This document shows positions 52,557-64,000 of a stretch of DNA of 64,000 bases, piece after piece. Every line of letters starts with the position of its first letter. The first letter of the stretch is position 1. The DNA lies in NCBI GenBank assembly GCA_030390025.1, contig CM059432.1, forward strand, positions 5,890,001-5,954,000. Reading direction: 5' to 3'. The notes beneath the pieces were generated by a model. That model saw only the letters and a program-made list of their open reading frames with translations. It was not told the origin of the DNA and ran no database searches. Made by a program: the position numbers and the translations under genes. This DNA is from Squalus acanthias. Taxonomy: Eukaryota.

Positions 52557-55500
52557 TATTTATTAACGACCTAGATGATGGCATCGAAAGCCACATATCC
52601 AAATTTGCCGATGACACAAAGATAGGCGGCATTGTAGGCAGTGCAGATGAAAGCATAGAATTACAAAGTGATATTGATAGATTAAGTGAATGGGCAAAAC
52701 TGTGGCAAATGGATTTCAATGTAGGCAAATGTGAGGTCATCCACTTTAGACCTAAAAAGGATAGAACAGGGTACTTTCTAAATGGTAAAAACCTAAAAAC
52801 AGTGGAGGTCCAAAGAGAATTGGGGGTCCAGGCACATAGATCATTAAAATGTCATGAACAGGTACAGAAAATAATCAAAAAGGCTAATGGAATGCTAGCC
52901 TTTATATCTAGAGGACTAGAATACAAGGGGGTAGAAGTTATGCTAGAGCTATGCAAAGCCCTGGTTTAACCACACATGGAGTACTGTGAGCAGTTCTGGG
53001 CACCACACCTTCGGAAGGATATATTGGTCATGGAGGGAGTGTAGCATAGGTTTATCAGACTGATACCCGGACTCCAAGGGTTAAATTATGAGGAGAGATT
53101 ACACAAATTAGGGTTGTATTTCCGAGAACTTAGAAAGTTAAGGGGTGATCTTGTTTTTCGGACTGGAGGAATGCATACAGTGGTGTTCATAAGAACATAA
53201 GAAATAGGAGCAGGAATAGGCCACTTGGCCCCTCGAGCCTGCTCCGCCATTCAATAAGATCATGGCTGATCTTGGGCTCAAAGCCACTTCCCAGCCCGCT
53301 CCCCATAACCCTTCACTCCCTTATCTTGCAAAAATTTGTCTATCTCCACTTTAAATGTATTTAATAACCCAGCCTCCACAGCTCTCTGGGGCAGAGAATT
53401 CCACAAATTTACAACCCTCTGAGAGAAGAAGTTCCTCCTCATCTCAGTTCTAAAAGGGCGACCCTTTATTCTGAGACTGTGCCCCCGAGTTCCCCATGAT
53501 GGGAAACATCCTCTCTGCATCTACCCTGTCGAGCCCCCTCAGTATCTTATATGTTTCGATAAGATCACCTCTCATTCTTCTAAATTCCAATGAGTATAGG
53601 CCCAGCCTGCTCAACCTTTCCTCATAAGTCAAACCCCTCATCTCTGGAATTAACCTAGTGAATCGTCTCTGAACTGCCTCCAATGCAAGTATATCCTTCC
53701 TTAAATAAGGAGATCAAAACTGTATGCAGGACTTCCCTGCTTCCCCTTGAAATAAAGGCCAACATTCCATTTGCCTTTTTGATTACTTGCTGTACCTGCA
53801 TGCTAACTTTTTGTGTTTCATGCACAAGGACCCCAGGTCCCTCTGAACTGTAGCATTTTGCAATCTCTCTCCATTTAAATAATCGTTTGCTTTTTTATTT
53901 TTCCTGCCAAAGTGGATAACCTCGCACTTTCCCACATTATACTCCATCTGCCAAATGTTTGCCCACTCACCTAGCCTGTCTATATCCCTTTGCAGATTTT
54001 TTGAGTCCTCTGCACAACTTGCTTTCCCACCCATCTTTGTATCATCCGCAAACTTGGCTATATTACACTCGATCCCTTCATCCAAGTCATTAATGTAGAT
54101 TGTAAATAGTTGGGGCCCCAGCCTTGTGGCATCCCACTAGTTACCGTTTGCCAACCAGAAAATGACCCATTTATCCCAACTCTCTGCTTTCTGTTAGTTA
54201 GCCAATTCACTATCCATGCTAATATATTACCCCCAACTCCGTGAGCTCTTTTCTTATGCAGTAATCTTTTATGCGGCACCTTATCGAATGCCTTCTGGAA
54301 ATCCAAATACACCACATCCACTGGCTCACCCTTGTCCACCCTGCTTGTTACATCCTCAAAGAACTCCAGCAAATTTGTTAAACATGATTTTCCTTTCCTA
54401 AAACCATGCTGACTCTGCTTGACTGCAGTATGTTTTTCTAAATGCCCTGCTACTACTTCCTTAATGAAGGACTCCAGCATTTTCCCAACGACAGATGTTA
54501 GGCTAACTGGTCTATAGTTTCCTGCTTTCTGTCTCCCTCCTTTCTTAAATAGGGGTGTTACATTAGCGGTTTTCCAATCCGCTGGGACCTCTCCAGCCAG
54601 GGGTTGTAGGACCATCGCTTTTCTTGATATATATTAATGACTTGGACTTGGTGTACAGGGCACAATTTCAAAATTTGCAGATGACACAAAACTTGGAAGT
54701 ATAGTGAACAGTGAGGAGGATAGTGATAGACTTCAAGAAGACAGAGACAGGCTGGTGAAATGGGCGGACACGTGGCAGATAAAATTTAACGCAGAAAAGT
54801 GCGAAGTGATACATTTTGGTAGGAAGAACAAGGAGAGGCAATATAAACTAAAGGGTACAATTCTAAAATGGGTGCTTGAACAAAGAGACCTGGGGGTATA
54901 TGTGCACAAATCGTTGTAGGTGGCAGGGCAGGTTGAGAAAGCAGTTTAAAAAGTATATGGGATCCTGGGCTTCATAAATAGAGGCATAGAGAACAAAAGC
55001 AAAGAAGTTATGATGAACCTTTATAAAACACTGGTTCGGCCTCAACTGGAGTTTTGTGTCCAATTCTGGGCACCACACTTTAGGAAGGATGTGGAGGCCT
55101 TAGAGAGGGTGTAGAAAAGATTTACAAGAATGGTTCCAGGGATGAGGGACTTCAGTTACGTGGATAGACTAGAGAAGCTGGGGTTGTTCTCCATAGATCA
55201 GAGAAGGCGACATGTGGAAAAACTTTTTTACACAGCAAGTAGATAGGATCTGGAATGCACTGCCTGAAAGTATGGTGGTGGCAGACTCAATCATGGCTTT
55301 CAAAAGGGAATTGAATAAGTACCTTAAGGAAAAAATTTTCCAGGGCCACGGGGAAAGGGCAGGGACTAGCTGAAGTGCTCTTGCAGAGAGCCGGCACAGG
55401 CTCGATGGGCCGAATGGCCTACTTCTGTGCTGTAACCATTCTATGATTCTATGATCTGATCGAAGTTTTCAAGATATTAAAGGGAACCGATAAGGTAGAT

Positions 55501-55978
55501 AGTGAGAAACTATTTCCGCTGGTTGGGGAATCTAGGACTAGGGGGCATAGTCTAAAAATTAGAGCCAGACCTTTCAGGAGTGAAATTAGGAAACACTTCT
55601 ACACACAAAGGGTGGTAGAAGTTTGGAACTCGCTTCTGCAAACAGCAACTGATGCTAGATCAATTGTTAATTTTAAATAAGAGATTGATAGATTTTTGTT
55701 AACCAAAGATATTAAGGGATATGGGGCAAAGGCGGGTATATGGAGTTAGGTTGCAGATCAGCCATGATTAGCATTTAGATGAGCACTTGAAACGCCATAG
55801 CATACAAGGCTACGGACCAAGTGCTGGAAAATGGGATTAGAATAGACAGGGCTTGATGGCCGGTGCAGACACGATGGGCCGAAAGGCCTCTCTGTGCTGT
55901 ATAACTCGATGACTCTATCTCAGTGAATGGTGGAACAGGCTCAAGGGGCTAAATGGCCTCCTCCTGTTCCTATGCTCC
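52557..55978. mobile_element. Nested cluster of four CR1 fragments immediately upstream of the STK3 exon
   Basis: CR1-X(+) 52557-53151 and 55458-55978 hosts CR1-A(+) 53152-53188 and 54597-55451 (TSD-like tgatct), which hosts CR1-B(-) 53189-54596. An extra CR1 tail sits at 55769-55918. Confidence 0.85.
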
Positions 55979-58295
55979 TATAAATTTCCCTTTGGAAAAA
56001 AAAGACAAATAATAAATAATAGGCATCTTGGAGCTGCTTATTGGCTCAGTAAGTAAATGCACACTGTGGACAGACCAATCCATGCTTTTTACTGGGTTAC
56101 CTGGAGTGGCTGTGCGGGTTCTGCAACTGGTTTCAGGGTTCCCAGATGACAGAGATGAATAAACAGCAAATGTTCCCTCTCTCTCCTCCTCACTGTCTGA
56201 TCCCTGTTGGAACTGTGCCTGCATCGATGTCAGAAAAGGACATAGCTGGACTGGCTGTGACACTAAAATAGACTGCAACAGTTATTGATTGGACTTGTGC
56301 ATGAAGAGCGACTCCTTTGGTGAGGTGGCAGAGAGCTGCTAGCACCAGCCGAACTGCATCACAGCACATCACCATCTTAAGAAGAGGGCGAAAAAGTTTT
56401 TTTGGGGAGCGGGGGAGAAAGAGAGAAGGAAAAAGACTCCTGAATAATTTCGCTCAGTATTAATTGTGGGTTATAACACATAAAAAGAACTGCCACTTAC
56501 TATGCTCACGAGTACTCTCTATCATGATTGCAACATCCTATTCGCTATTGTAATGATATTTTCCCCTCTTCATTGTAAATACTCCCGAGTACGAGAGGGG
56601 AAAAAAATCCAAATATAACCCACTGCTATGCTAATTATATGAAAGAGCTTATCAAATAATTGATAAGTAAACACGTATCAGTGATTTTATGACATAAGAA
56701 AGATGTATTGTTAAACAAGCATAATGAATCTAACAAACACCAGCACAAATTACTGATCAGCAATGCATGCGTGGTCATTTTGTTTTCCTAGTTTAACCAA
56801 TTTGCATTTAATACACCACAGATAATTAGGCTTCAAAGCCTTTATGCGCTTAAAGCATACATTACAGAAATAGGCAGGACCAGTTTCAGTAGGGTTCAGA
56901 ATCCGTTGATTTCCTGTCTAGAATTTCTTGGGACATTTTTCTGCATCAAGACATTTTACAATCTGAGTTATCCAAATATGATGCAATATATATATGTCAG
57001 CATATATATAAATAAATTAGTTTTGCTAAAGTATTTGGGGGTTGGTAGAAATTTGTGAGCAATTACCAGTAACAAAATAACTGTTACTCAAATTGGCTGC
57101 TGCGTTTACCAACATTACAACAGTGACTACATTCAAAAGCAATTCATCGGCTGGAAGGTCATGGAAGTCACCATATAAATGCATGTTCTTTCTTTCTAAT
57201 GGTTACTCAAGAGTGTGATTACAACACACGGAGGTCCTCATTAATAAGCAGAAAGAACAGAACCAACATCTGAATCTAAAGGGTTGATTTTAACTGAAGA
57301 CAGGATTGGTGCGTAGGCGGCCCAAAGTGGCTGGCGCATTCGGAAAATGAGAACAGAAGCATCCAGACGATTTGAACTGCCAGGCCACATGTTAATATTT
57401 GACATCTGTCTCCCACCCGAAGTGGGTGGGAATGATGTCAAGGCCAGCAGGTGGGAACCGGACGCTCAAGGGACTGGCCCTTGGCATAAGCTAAGTGTGG
57501 GGTGAGCTTCACAAACAGACTCTGATGTGGGGAGCTAGTGGGAAAGGGAGGCCCAAGGATTCCATCCTGGGCCCGGAGGACCACTCCTGCTCCTCCCAGA
57601 CACCCAAGGAACCCTCCCGAAGATTATAAAATAAAGCTTACCTTGGCCTCTGTTGGCCACTCTGCTATCTTCCGCCAGGTTTCTCTGTAGTTGAAATAGC
57701 ATTGCAATGCCAATGATGTCATCGGGCAGCAATTTTTACATTTAAATTAGGGCCCTGCCTGCCTGTTGCGGGAGCATAAGCCGACTTGAGGACAAAATGG
57801 CACCAGACAAGAATGGAGTGACACACCAAATATCATAAAAATGTTGAAATTACTCTGTGGCATCTATTACTTATATATTTATAATATTGGTTAGTCAATC
57901 TTCCGTGGCGTTGCATGCGAGGAATCAAGATGAAATGTAATCTTCGGGTGAAGAGGGGTCGGGGGAAAGGAGAAGGCAGAGGAAGGGAGATGAGGAAAAG
58001 GAGGAGAAGTGGTAGACATAAAATGGGAAGTGTGTTGAGGGTTGGGGGAAGGGATGGGTTGAAACCGGGCAGGATGAAGGAAGGGAATGTAAGGGGAAAG
58101 AGGGAGGGTGGAGGACATGGTAGAAAGCAGGGAAGGTGGACAAGTGTGAGGAGGAAAAGGGATGGAGGGAGGGAGAGGAGGGTGATGCTGAAGGATGATG
58201 AAGAGAGAGTGTGGGAGAGGCAAAGGGGAGGAGGAGGAGGAGGATTGGGAGGATTGAGAGGGAAAGTAAAGGAAGGAATAAAGGATATGGATGAT

Positions 58296-59765
58296 GGGGA
58301 GGAAGGCGGGAGGGGGAGGGGGAGGAAGGCGGGAGGGGGAGGGGGAGGAAGGCGGGAGGGGGAGGGGGAGGAAGGCGGGAGGGGGAGGGGGAGGGAGGGG
58401 GAGGGGGAGGAAGGCGGGAGGGGGAGGGGGAGGAAGGCGGGAGGGGGAGGGGGAGGAAGGCGGGAGGGGGAGGGGGAGGAAGGCGGGAGGGGGAGGGGGA
58501 GGAAGGCGGGAGGGGGAGGGGGAGGAAGGCGGGAGGGGGAGGGGGAGGAAGGCGGGAGGGGGAGGGGGAGGAAGGCGGGAGGGGGAGGGGGAGGAAGGCG
58601 GGAGGGGGAGGGGGAGGAAGGCGGGAGGGGGAGGGGGAGGAAGGCGGGAGGGGGAGGGGGAGGAAGGCGGGAGGGGGAGGGGGAGGAAGGCGGGAGGGGG
58701 AGGGGGAGGAAGGCGGGAGGGGGAGGAAGGCGGGAGGGGGAGGAAGGCGGGAGGGGGAGGAAGGCGGGAGGGGGAGGGGGAGGAAGGCGGGAGGGGGAGG
58801 AAGGCGGGAGGGGGAGGAAGGCGGGAGGGGGAGGAAGGCGGGAGGGGGAGGGGGAGGAAGGCGGGAGGGGAGGGGGAGGAAGGCGGGAGGGGAGGGGGAG
58901 GAAGGCGGGAGGGGAGGGGGAGGAAGGCGGGAGGGGAGGGGGAGGAAGGCGGGAGGGGAGGGGGAGGAAGGCGGGAGGGGAGGGGGAGGAAGGCGGGAGG
59001 GGAGGGGGAGGAAGGCGGGAGGGGAGGGGGAGGAAGGCGGGAGGGGAGGGGGAGGAAGGCGGGAGGGGGAGGAAGGCGGGAGGGGGAGGAAGGCGGGAGG
59101 GGAGGGGGAGGAAGGCGGGAGGGGGAGGGGGAGGAAGGCGGGAGGGGAGGGGGAGGAAGGCGGGAGGGGGAGGGGGAGGAAGGCGGGAGGGGGAGGGGGA
59201 GGAAGGCGGGAGGGGGAGGGGGAGGAAGGCGGGAGGGGGAGGGGGAGGAAGGCGGGAGGGGGAGGGGGAGGAAGGCGGGAGGGGGAGGGGGAGGAAGGCG
59301 GGAGGGGGAGGAAGGCGGGAGGGGGAGGAAGGCGGGAGGGGGAGGAAGGCGGGAGGGGGAGGAAGGCGGGAGGGGGAGGGAGGGGGAGGAAGGCGGGGGG
59401 GGAGGAAGGCGGGAGGGGGAGGAAGGCGGGAGGGGGAGGGGGAGGAAGGCGGGAGGGGGAGGAAGGCGGGAGGGGGAGGGGGAGGAAGGCGGGAGGGGGA
59501 GGAAGGCGGGAGGGGGAGGAAGGCGGGAGGGGAGGAAGGCGGGAGGGGGAGGGGGAGGAAGGCGGGAGGGGAGGGGGAGGAAGGCGGGAGGGGAGGGGGA
59601 GGAAGGCGGGAGGGGAGGGGGAGGAAGGCGGGAGGGGAGGGGGAGGCGGAGGAAGGCGGGAGGGGAGGGGTAGGAAGGCGGGAGGGGAGGGGGAGGAAGG
59701 CGGGAGGGGAGGGGGAGGAAGGCGGGAGGGGAGGGGGAGGAAGGCGGGAGGGGAGGAAGGCGGGA
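58296..59765 (+). repeat. G-rich purine minisatellite, core ggaggaaggcgggagggg(gagggg), units ~17-23 bp
   Basis: Directly visible; preceded by a degenerate purine-rich tract at ~57950-58295. Confidence 0.97.
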
Positions 59766-59965
59766 ATGGAGAAAAATAGACTTTTATATTTTTAGAGGTA
59801 AATAGACAAATTCAGTACAACTTCAGAAGCAGAGGAGTTGGTTGTAGCAGGAGTTTCTCTACAGCACAGATTGAGGAGCTGGGAGCTGTAAAACTTAAGT
59901 GATACAGCATCACCACTGGTGGGAGGGTGTATTTCAATTACAAATTTTCATAGGGAAAACACATT

Positions 59966-60694
59966 GGCCCAAAAATTAGTGCCGCTACGCGAGAGTACGC
60001 ACTGCATACTCTCGCGTATTCTGTCTCCAATTGCCGGTTTTCTGCATGCGCTGCAAACCGGCACTTGGTGAATGGAAAAGGGGGCGGGTCCTAGGTGAAC
60101 CGCGTGCGCGCTACAGGCTGCGCACACGCTGTGCACTTAGTGGTTTCAACGCGCAGGTAAGTACGGAAGATTCTACACATAAAAAAAGGAGTAAGACCCA
60201 CTTTTAACAAGGTAAGTAGTGAATTAAGTATTATTTTGAATTTTTTTTAACACGTATATCTTTTTTAGAGACTTTAAAGACAGGTAAGTTTATTTTTATA
60301 ACTTTTTAAAAGATTTTAAATTTTTTCAAAAATTTAATTTTTTATTTAAAATGGTTAATTTATTTAACTATACTTATTTTATTAATGTGATGGTTTTTTT
60401 AAAAATTTAATTGAGGTTTAGCGGTTCTTTTGGGGGGCTATAGTATTCATAACTTTCACAGCACTTATGTGAAAGTTATGAATGGAAGATGGTGTGCTGC
60501 CATTGGCTCTAACTGAGTCACGTGATCCCACAGCTCGCACGAATTAACTACGCCGGTGGGATACGCAAGCCCAGCACAGCAGCTGTCCAGAACATCAAGC
60601 TCGTGCGAGCTGGAACTGAAAAAGCCAACGCGCAGTGAGAGATCGCGGGGAGGCCTTACCCTCGCACGAAGGCTTCCTCACGAATTTTTGGGCC
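59966..60694. mobile_element. Harbinger-type MITE
   Basis: TIR ggcccaaaaatt / aatttttgggcc, TSD att, internal hairpin ttcataactttcaca...tgtgaaagttatgaa. Confidence 0.85.
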
Positions 60695-60743
60695 ATTATA
60701 AATGAGGACATGTGAAATTACAATGAGAAAGAGCTGACACGAA

Positions 60744-61546
60744 GGGCGTGATCTTGCCAGCCCTGGGGAGGCGGGTATGGAGGCGGGACTGCCGGGAAAA
60801 TGGCAGAATCTGGGGGCGGGTGCCCATCCCGCCTCCGTGCCATCTTGCCAGGAGGCAAGTAGCTGACCCGCGCCGGGTCCCGTCTCCTTGGAGGTGGGAA
60901 GGGGATTACAGCCACTTAACTGCCTGTTAACAAGTAGTTAACAGGCAGATCAGAGGATTATCCCCATTTTACCCATACAAGTGGGTACCGAGGCGAGCAG
61001 TGGGTCTGCGGGGGTCGGAGGGGTGCAAAAGTGCGCTGTGAAGGTAAGTGATGGGTGCAAGTGTGGAGAGGTGAGTATGTGAGCTAAGTGGAAAGTGTTA
61101 GAAAAAGTTTACTTACCTTTGTTTCTTCCTGCAGGCTTCAACAGTTGGGGATGCGGAGAGTCTCGCATCTCCGCAGCAGAGATGACAGATAGCTGCTGCA
61201 TTCTCCAATGCAACAACCATCTAATTTCTGCTAAAGAAAAAGGTTTGATGAGTCTTGAATTCAAGAACTCATCAAACTATAGAGGATGTCAGTGTTTGAC
61301 AGCTTCACAGAGCTGTCAAACGATGACAATTCATCTGTCAAAACTTTTTGACAGATGAAACATCATACGCTGACGTTCTCTGTAACTGGCTTCCCCCTAA
61401 TTAGCCTGCTAAGCCCGCTGGACAGGCTTAACAAGGTCAATCAAGGGAAAATAGCATGGGTTGGCCAGAAGTCAGTGGAGGCGGGACTAAAACCCGACAA
61501 GTGGGAGTCCCGCCTCCAAAAGCTGCCCATTGGCAAAATCCAGCCC
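60744..61546. mobile_element. Harbinger-type MITE
   Basis: Termini gggcgtgatcttgcca / tggcaaaatccagccc; subterminal ggaggcgggact / agtcccgcctcc. Confidence 0.65.
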
Positions 61547-61944
61547 AAAATGTGTGATAAAAAATGACAATAGGAAGTCAAGTGGTGCAGGAATTGCACT
61601 CACGAATCAGATTTTTAACATATTATAGATAGATATACACAGTTTACATGGGGGATATTCAGTTTTTAATTGGTTCATCTGTTGAAGGCGACTGCACCAC
61701 ATGCATTGTTTTTCACAACATTTGTGTAAACTGATTAATAACTCTGAAGTCACTGTCAAAAAAGCTGCCATTCATTTTACTGGGAAATTCTGTTTTTAGT
61801 GTACATATTAATGGTAAAAAAATTGACTTTACCAATTAGCCAACAGCTTGCCATTAATGTGCAAAAAACTCCTCAGGGTGCTTTACAGAGGTGTAAGGGA
61901 AAAAAACATGAATGGTGAGCCAAAGAAGCAGATACTGGGAAGGT

Positions 61945-63710
61945 AAAGACTTGCATTTATATAGTGCCTTTCACGACCTTGGGATGTCCCAAAACACTTT
62001 ACAGCCAATGAAGTACTTTTTGAAGTGTAGTCACTGTTGTAATGTAGGAAACGCGGCAGCCAGTTTGCGCACAGCAAGCTCCCACAAAGAACTTCTTCTT
62101 AGGCAGTCCCTCGGAACCGAGAATGACTTGCTTCCATATTAAAAATGGGTTCTCAGGTGACTGATGAGTCCAATGCAGGACCTACAGTCTCTGTCACAGG
62201 TGGGACAGACGGTGGTTGAAGGGGCGGGTGGGTGGGGTCCTTGTGCTGCTTGCGCTTGGCTTCCGCTTGCTCCCGGTGAAGAAACTCGAGGTGTTCAGCG
62301 CCTTCCCGGATGCTTCTCCTCCACTTTGTGCAGTCTTGGGCCAGGGATTCCCAGGTGTCGGTGGGGATGTTGCACTTTTTCAAGGAGGCTTTGAGGGTGT
62401 CCTTGAAGCGTTTCTTCTGCCCACCTGGGGCTCTCTTGCTGTGCCGGAGCTCAGAGTAGAGCGCTTGTTTTGGGAGTCTTGTATCGGGCATGCGGACGAT
62501 GTGACCCGTCCATCGGAGCTGATCAAGCGTGGTCAAAGCTTCGATGCTGGGGATGTTGGCCTGAGCGAGAACACTGACGTTGCTGCGCCTATCCTGCCAA
62601 TGGATTTGCAGGGTCTTGCGGAGGCAGCGTTGGTGGTACCTCTCCAGTGTTTTGAGGTGCCTGCTGTACATGGTCCATGTCTCTGAGGCATACAGGAGGG
62701 CGGGTATCACTGCTGCTCTGTAGACCATGAGCTTAGTGCCGGGTTTGAGGTCCTGGTCTTCAAACACTCTCTTCCTCAGGCGACCGAATGCTGCACTGGC
62801 ACACTGAAGGCGGTGTTGGACTTCGTCATCGACGTCTGCCCTTGTTGACAGTAGGCTCCCGAGGTATGGAAAGTGGTCCACGTTGTCCAAGACCTTGTCG
62901 TGGATTTTGATAATCGGGGGACAGTACTGTGTGGCGGGGGCAGGTTGGTAGAGGACCTTTGTCTTACGGATGTTTAGTGTAAGGCCCATGCTCTCGTACG
63001 CTTCAGTGAAGGTGTTGACGATGGTTTGGAGTTCGGCCTCCGAGTGAGCGCAGACACAAACGTCGTCTGCATACTGTAATTCGACGACGGAGGATGGGAC
63101 GACCTTGGATCTGGACTGGAGGTGACGGAGGTTGAACAGTTTCCCGTTTGTTCTGTAAATTAGCTCCACTCCAGCGGGGAGCTTACTGAGGGTGAGATGG
63201 AGCATTGCAGCAAGGAAGATCGAGAAGAGCGTTGGTGCGATAACACAGCCTTGCTTCACCCCAGTCCGTACGTGAATTGAGTTTGTGGTGGAACTGTTGG
63301 TCAGGATCACGGCTTGCATGTCGCTGTTCTTTGTTCTCAGTGAGCACTGGCTCTTCACTTAAACTTAGCTCCCAAATTCCCAGACCTCTCCCTCAAACAG
63401 CAATGTGATAATAACCAGATACTGTAATCTGTTTTAGTGATGTTGATTGAGGGATTAATATTGGCCCAGGACACCGGGGATAATTCCCCTGCTCTTCTTC
63501 GAAATAATGCCATGGGAACTTTTACGTCCACCCGAGAGGGCAGACAGGTTTTACATCTCATCCGAAAGACGGCACCTCCCACAGTGCAGCACTCCATCAG
63601 TACCAAGTGTCAGTCTAGAAATTTGTGCTCAAGTCTCTGGAGTGGGACTTGAGCCCACAACCGTCTGACGCAGAGGCGAGGGTGCTACCAACTGAGCCAC
63701 AGCTGACACC
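61945..63710 (-). mobile_element. Deu-SINE-like element split by an RTE LINE
   Basis: Tail at 61945-62088; body and head resume at ~63394-63710. Confidence 0.8.
62089..63322 (-). mobile_element. 5'-truncated RTE-clade LINE
   Basis: Open frame with GVKQGCVIAPTLF, LQYADD, F.YLGS, LLY.SETW, LRWTGH..RMPD.RLPK; short (gaa)n-type tail. Confidence 0.92.
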
Positions 63711-64000
63711 AAAAAGCTTGGTCGAAGAGGTGGGTTTTAAGGAGGCTCAAAGGAAGAGAGGAAGGTGGAGAGCTGGAGAGGTTAAGTGAGGTAATTGAAG
63801 TGATTTTAATGTTATTTTTCTTTTCTGCTTACTCCAAATATTTAGTTATAACGGTTTGCCTTTAACTGTGTGGTAAGTTTTATGAATGGTAGCAAGGTGC
63901 AAAAGACTTAATCACGCATATATTTCTCTCAATGGCAATAGCTGCCGAACAGACAATCATCAACACTTCATAGGGGTCAAAAGCTTCAGTGGTCCAAGGT

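Noticed and set aside
57915..59795. 626-aa and 460-aa Gly/Arg/Glu-rich ORFs
   Set aside because: They result from a nearly T-free minisatellite that cannot encode stop codons; open in several frames and antisense to STK3.

Overview
Eukaryotic, repeat-rich vertebrate DNA, most likely a cartilaginous fish given the HE1/V-SINE-like and Deu-SINE-like elements and abundant CR1 LINEs. The window appears to lie inside the Hippo kinase gene STK3 (MST2) on the minus strand. Two coding exons are visible, 52319-52444 and 11501-11690, separated by a ~40.6 kb GT-AG intron. The rest is intronic: nested CR1, L2 and RTE LINEs, SINEs, PIF/Harbinger transposon remnants and MITEs, Penelope-like fragments carrying hammerhead-ribozyme motifs, a decayed DIRS-like retrotransposon, a solo LTR and a 1.5 kb G-rich minisatellite. 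Most ORFs in the track are transposon fragments or spurious. I found no clear new gene system. The most unusual signals are the hammerhead motifs, a perfect 69-bp-arm palindrome insertion, a structured ~74-bp tandem array inside a MITE, a dual-tailed SINE and local templated rearrangements. Family names come from motif recognition by eye, and boundaries of old repeats are approximate.
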